A stretch of 62,844 nt of DNA, counting the filler, from Streblomastix strix (taxonomy: Eukaryota), in assembly GCA_008636045.1 (NCBI GenBank). It is 3 parts of 3 records of this genome, joined end to end, with 100 filler letters (N's around TTAATTAATTAA, not from the genome) between each part and the next. Parts side by side here need not be neighbours in the genome. Positions count along the whole stretch, not along the records: positions 41,979 to 62,844 come from SNRW01000412.1; 2 more parts are not named here. One strand, given 5' to 3'. A program made the translations under genes and the position numbers. Below the pieces are notes generated by a model. It made no database searches. It had not been told where the DNA came from and saw only the letters and a list, made by a program, of their open reading frames with translations. Each line of letters begins with the position of its first letter. Position 1 is the first letter of the stretch. Below are positions 62,059-62,844 of this stretch, one piece after another.

Positions 62059-62743
62059 TCATACATTGTAAGCTTCATCATTAAAATTATTAATAATCTC
62101 TTCATTAGGTTCATCTTCAACATACTATTCTAGCTCAGCTATTTTATCTTCCTTAATCTTATACAATCTAATATATTTCTTAGCAATATGCTAACGTAAA
62201 GTTTCACAATTATTATGAATTTATTATCTGAAATTTCCCGGCTTAATAGAATTTGGACAGTATTATAGAATTATACCACATATCCAACGTACTTTTAACT
62301 ACTTGAAATATTTCGTACATAATCTATCTATCTCTGTTAGGGATATATCGATAATTTCTTTCTTAGATTCAGTCATAGGTATAATTGTACTATCAAATTA
62401 TGAGACGTCTCTTTTAAGGAAGTAAGTAAGTAGATTATCATAGAATACAGGTTATTTCCTTTATTAAAATAATTTCATGAAATATTCCGTATTCTTCTTA
62501 TATTTAGGACTACATTAGCATACTAAGTATCTTCTGTCATCTTATTCAAAGTGAATAGGATCTAAATGATTAGAAACTAAGATGAAATCTAATTAATTTC
62601 TAGAAATATCAGTACTAAGAAATTAGGTTCTTATCAATAGAGTTGGATCAGTTATTAAAGATTTCAGCTTATCAGTATCGTGAGAGCCAGATTCTTTAAA
62701 CATACTTAGCTCATTTAATACTATAATACTTTATTTTCTAATC
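62059..62743 (-). mobile_element. C-terminal part of an SF3/D5-like (DUF5906-type) primase-helicase, Maverick/Polinton or endogenous-virus type; 5' truncated
   Basis: IIVLNEL (Walker B)..DKLKSLITDP..DFILVSNHLDPIHFEQDDRRYLVCQC..EYFMKLF..FYDNLLTYFLKRDVSQF..IPMTESKKEII. Open under table 6 to TGA 62061-62059; intronless. Confidence 0.72.
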
Positions 62744-62844
62744 TACAGTATAATCCGGTTAATTCGCACACCGGTTAATTCGCATCATATGTATAATTCG
62801 CACTATTATATTATTTGAGGAAATGTCACTGTTTCTCTATTAAT
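62744..62844 (+). mobile_element. Left end of a pogo/Tigger-like element: TA target site, CAGTA TIR, subterminal repeats
   Basis: TA|CAGTATAATCCGGTTAATTCGCACACCGGTTAATTCGCA..TAATTCGCAC. CCGGTTAATTCGCA at 62755 and 62771, TAATTCGCA again at 62795. Interrupts the helicase ORF. Confidence 0.7.

Overview
Very AT-rich, intron-containing eukaryotic DNA. TAA and TAG are read as Gln and TGA is the stop (translation table 6), so the supplied standard-code ORF track misses almost all real genes. The code, intron style and gene families best fit an oxymonad/metamonad protist such as Streblomastix (inference). The window joins three unrelated ~20.9-kb scaffolds with artificial N44-TTAATTAATTAA-N44 linkers. 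Scaffold A (1-20904) has a giant HECTD4/MYCBP2-like ubiquitin ligase gene on the - strand (3' end missing), a ~2,600-aa type-I surface protein with tandem pectin-lyase-like beta-helix modules, and an RBX1-type RING-H2 gene. Scaffold B (21005-41878) is a ~12-kb tandem segmental duplication of a damaged CRT10-like WD40 gene plus an HMG-box/149-aa helical-repeat gene. Scaffold C (41979-62844) has a giant (~4,700 aa) Trf4/PAPD5-type non-canonical poly(A) polymerase with one in-frame TGA. It converges on an intronless RRM-(bacterial-looking DEDDy exonuclease)-RRM gene. The scaffold ends in nested mobile-element relics: a pogo-like transposase, and a Maverick/Polinton-type SF3 helicase cut by a pogo-type TIR. 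All translations were done by eye; family calls rest on remembered motifs, not database searches.
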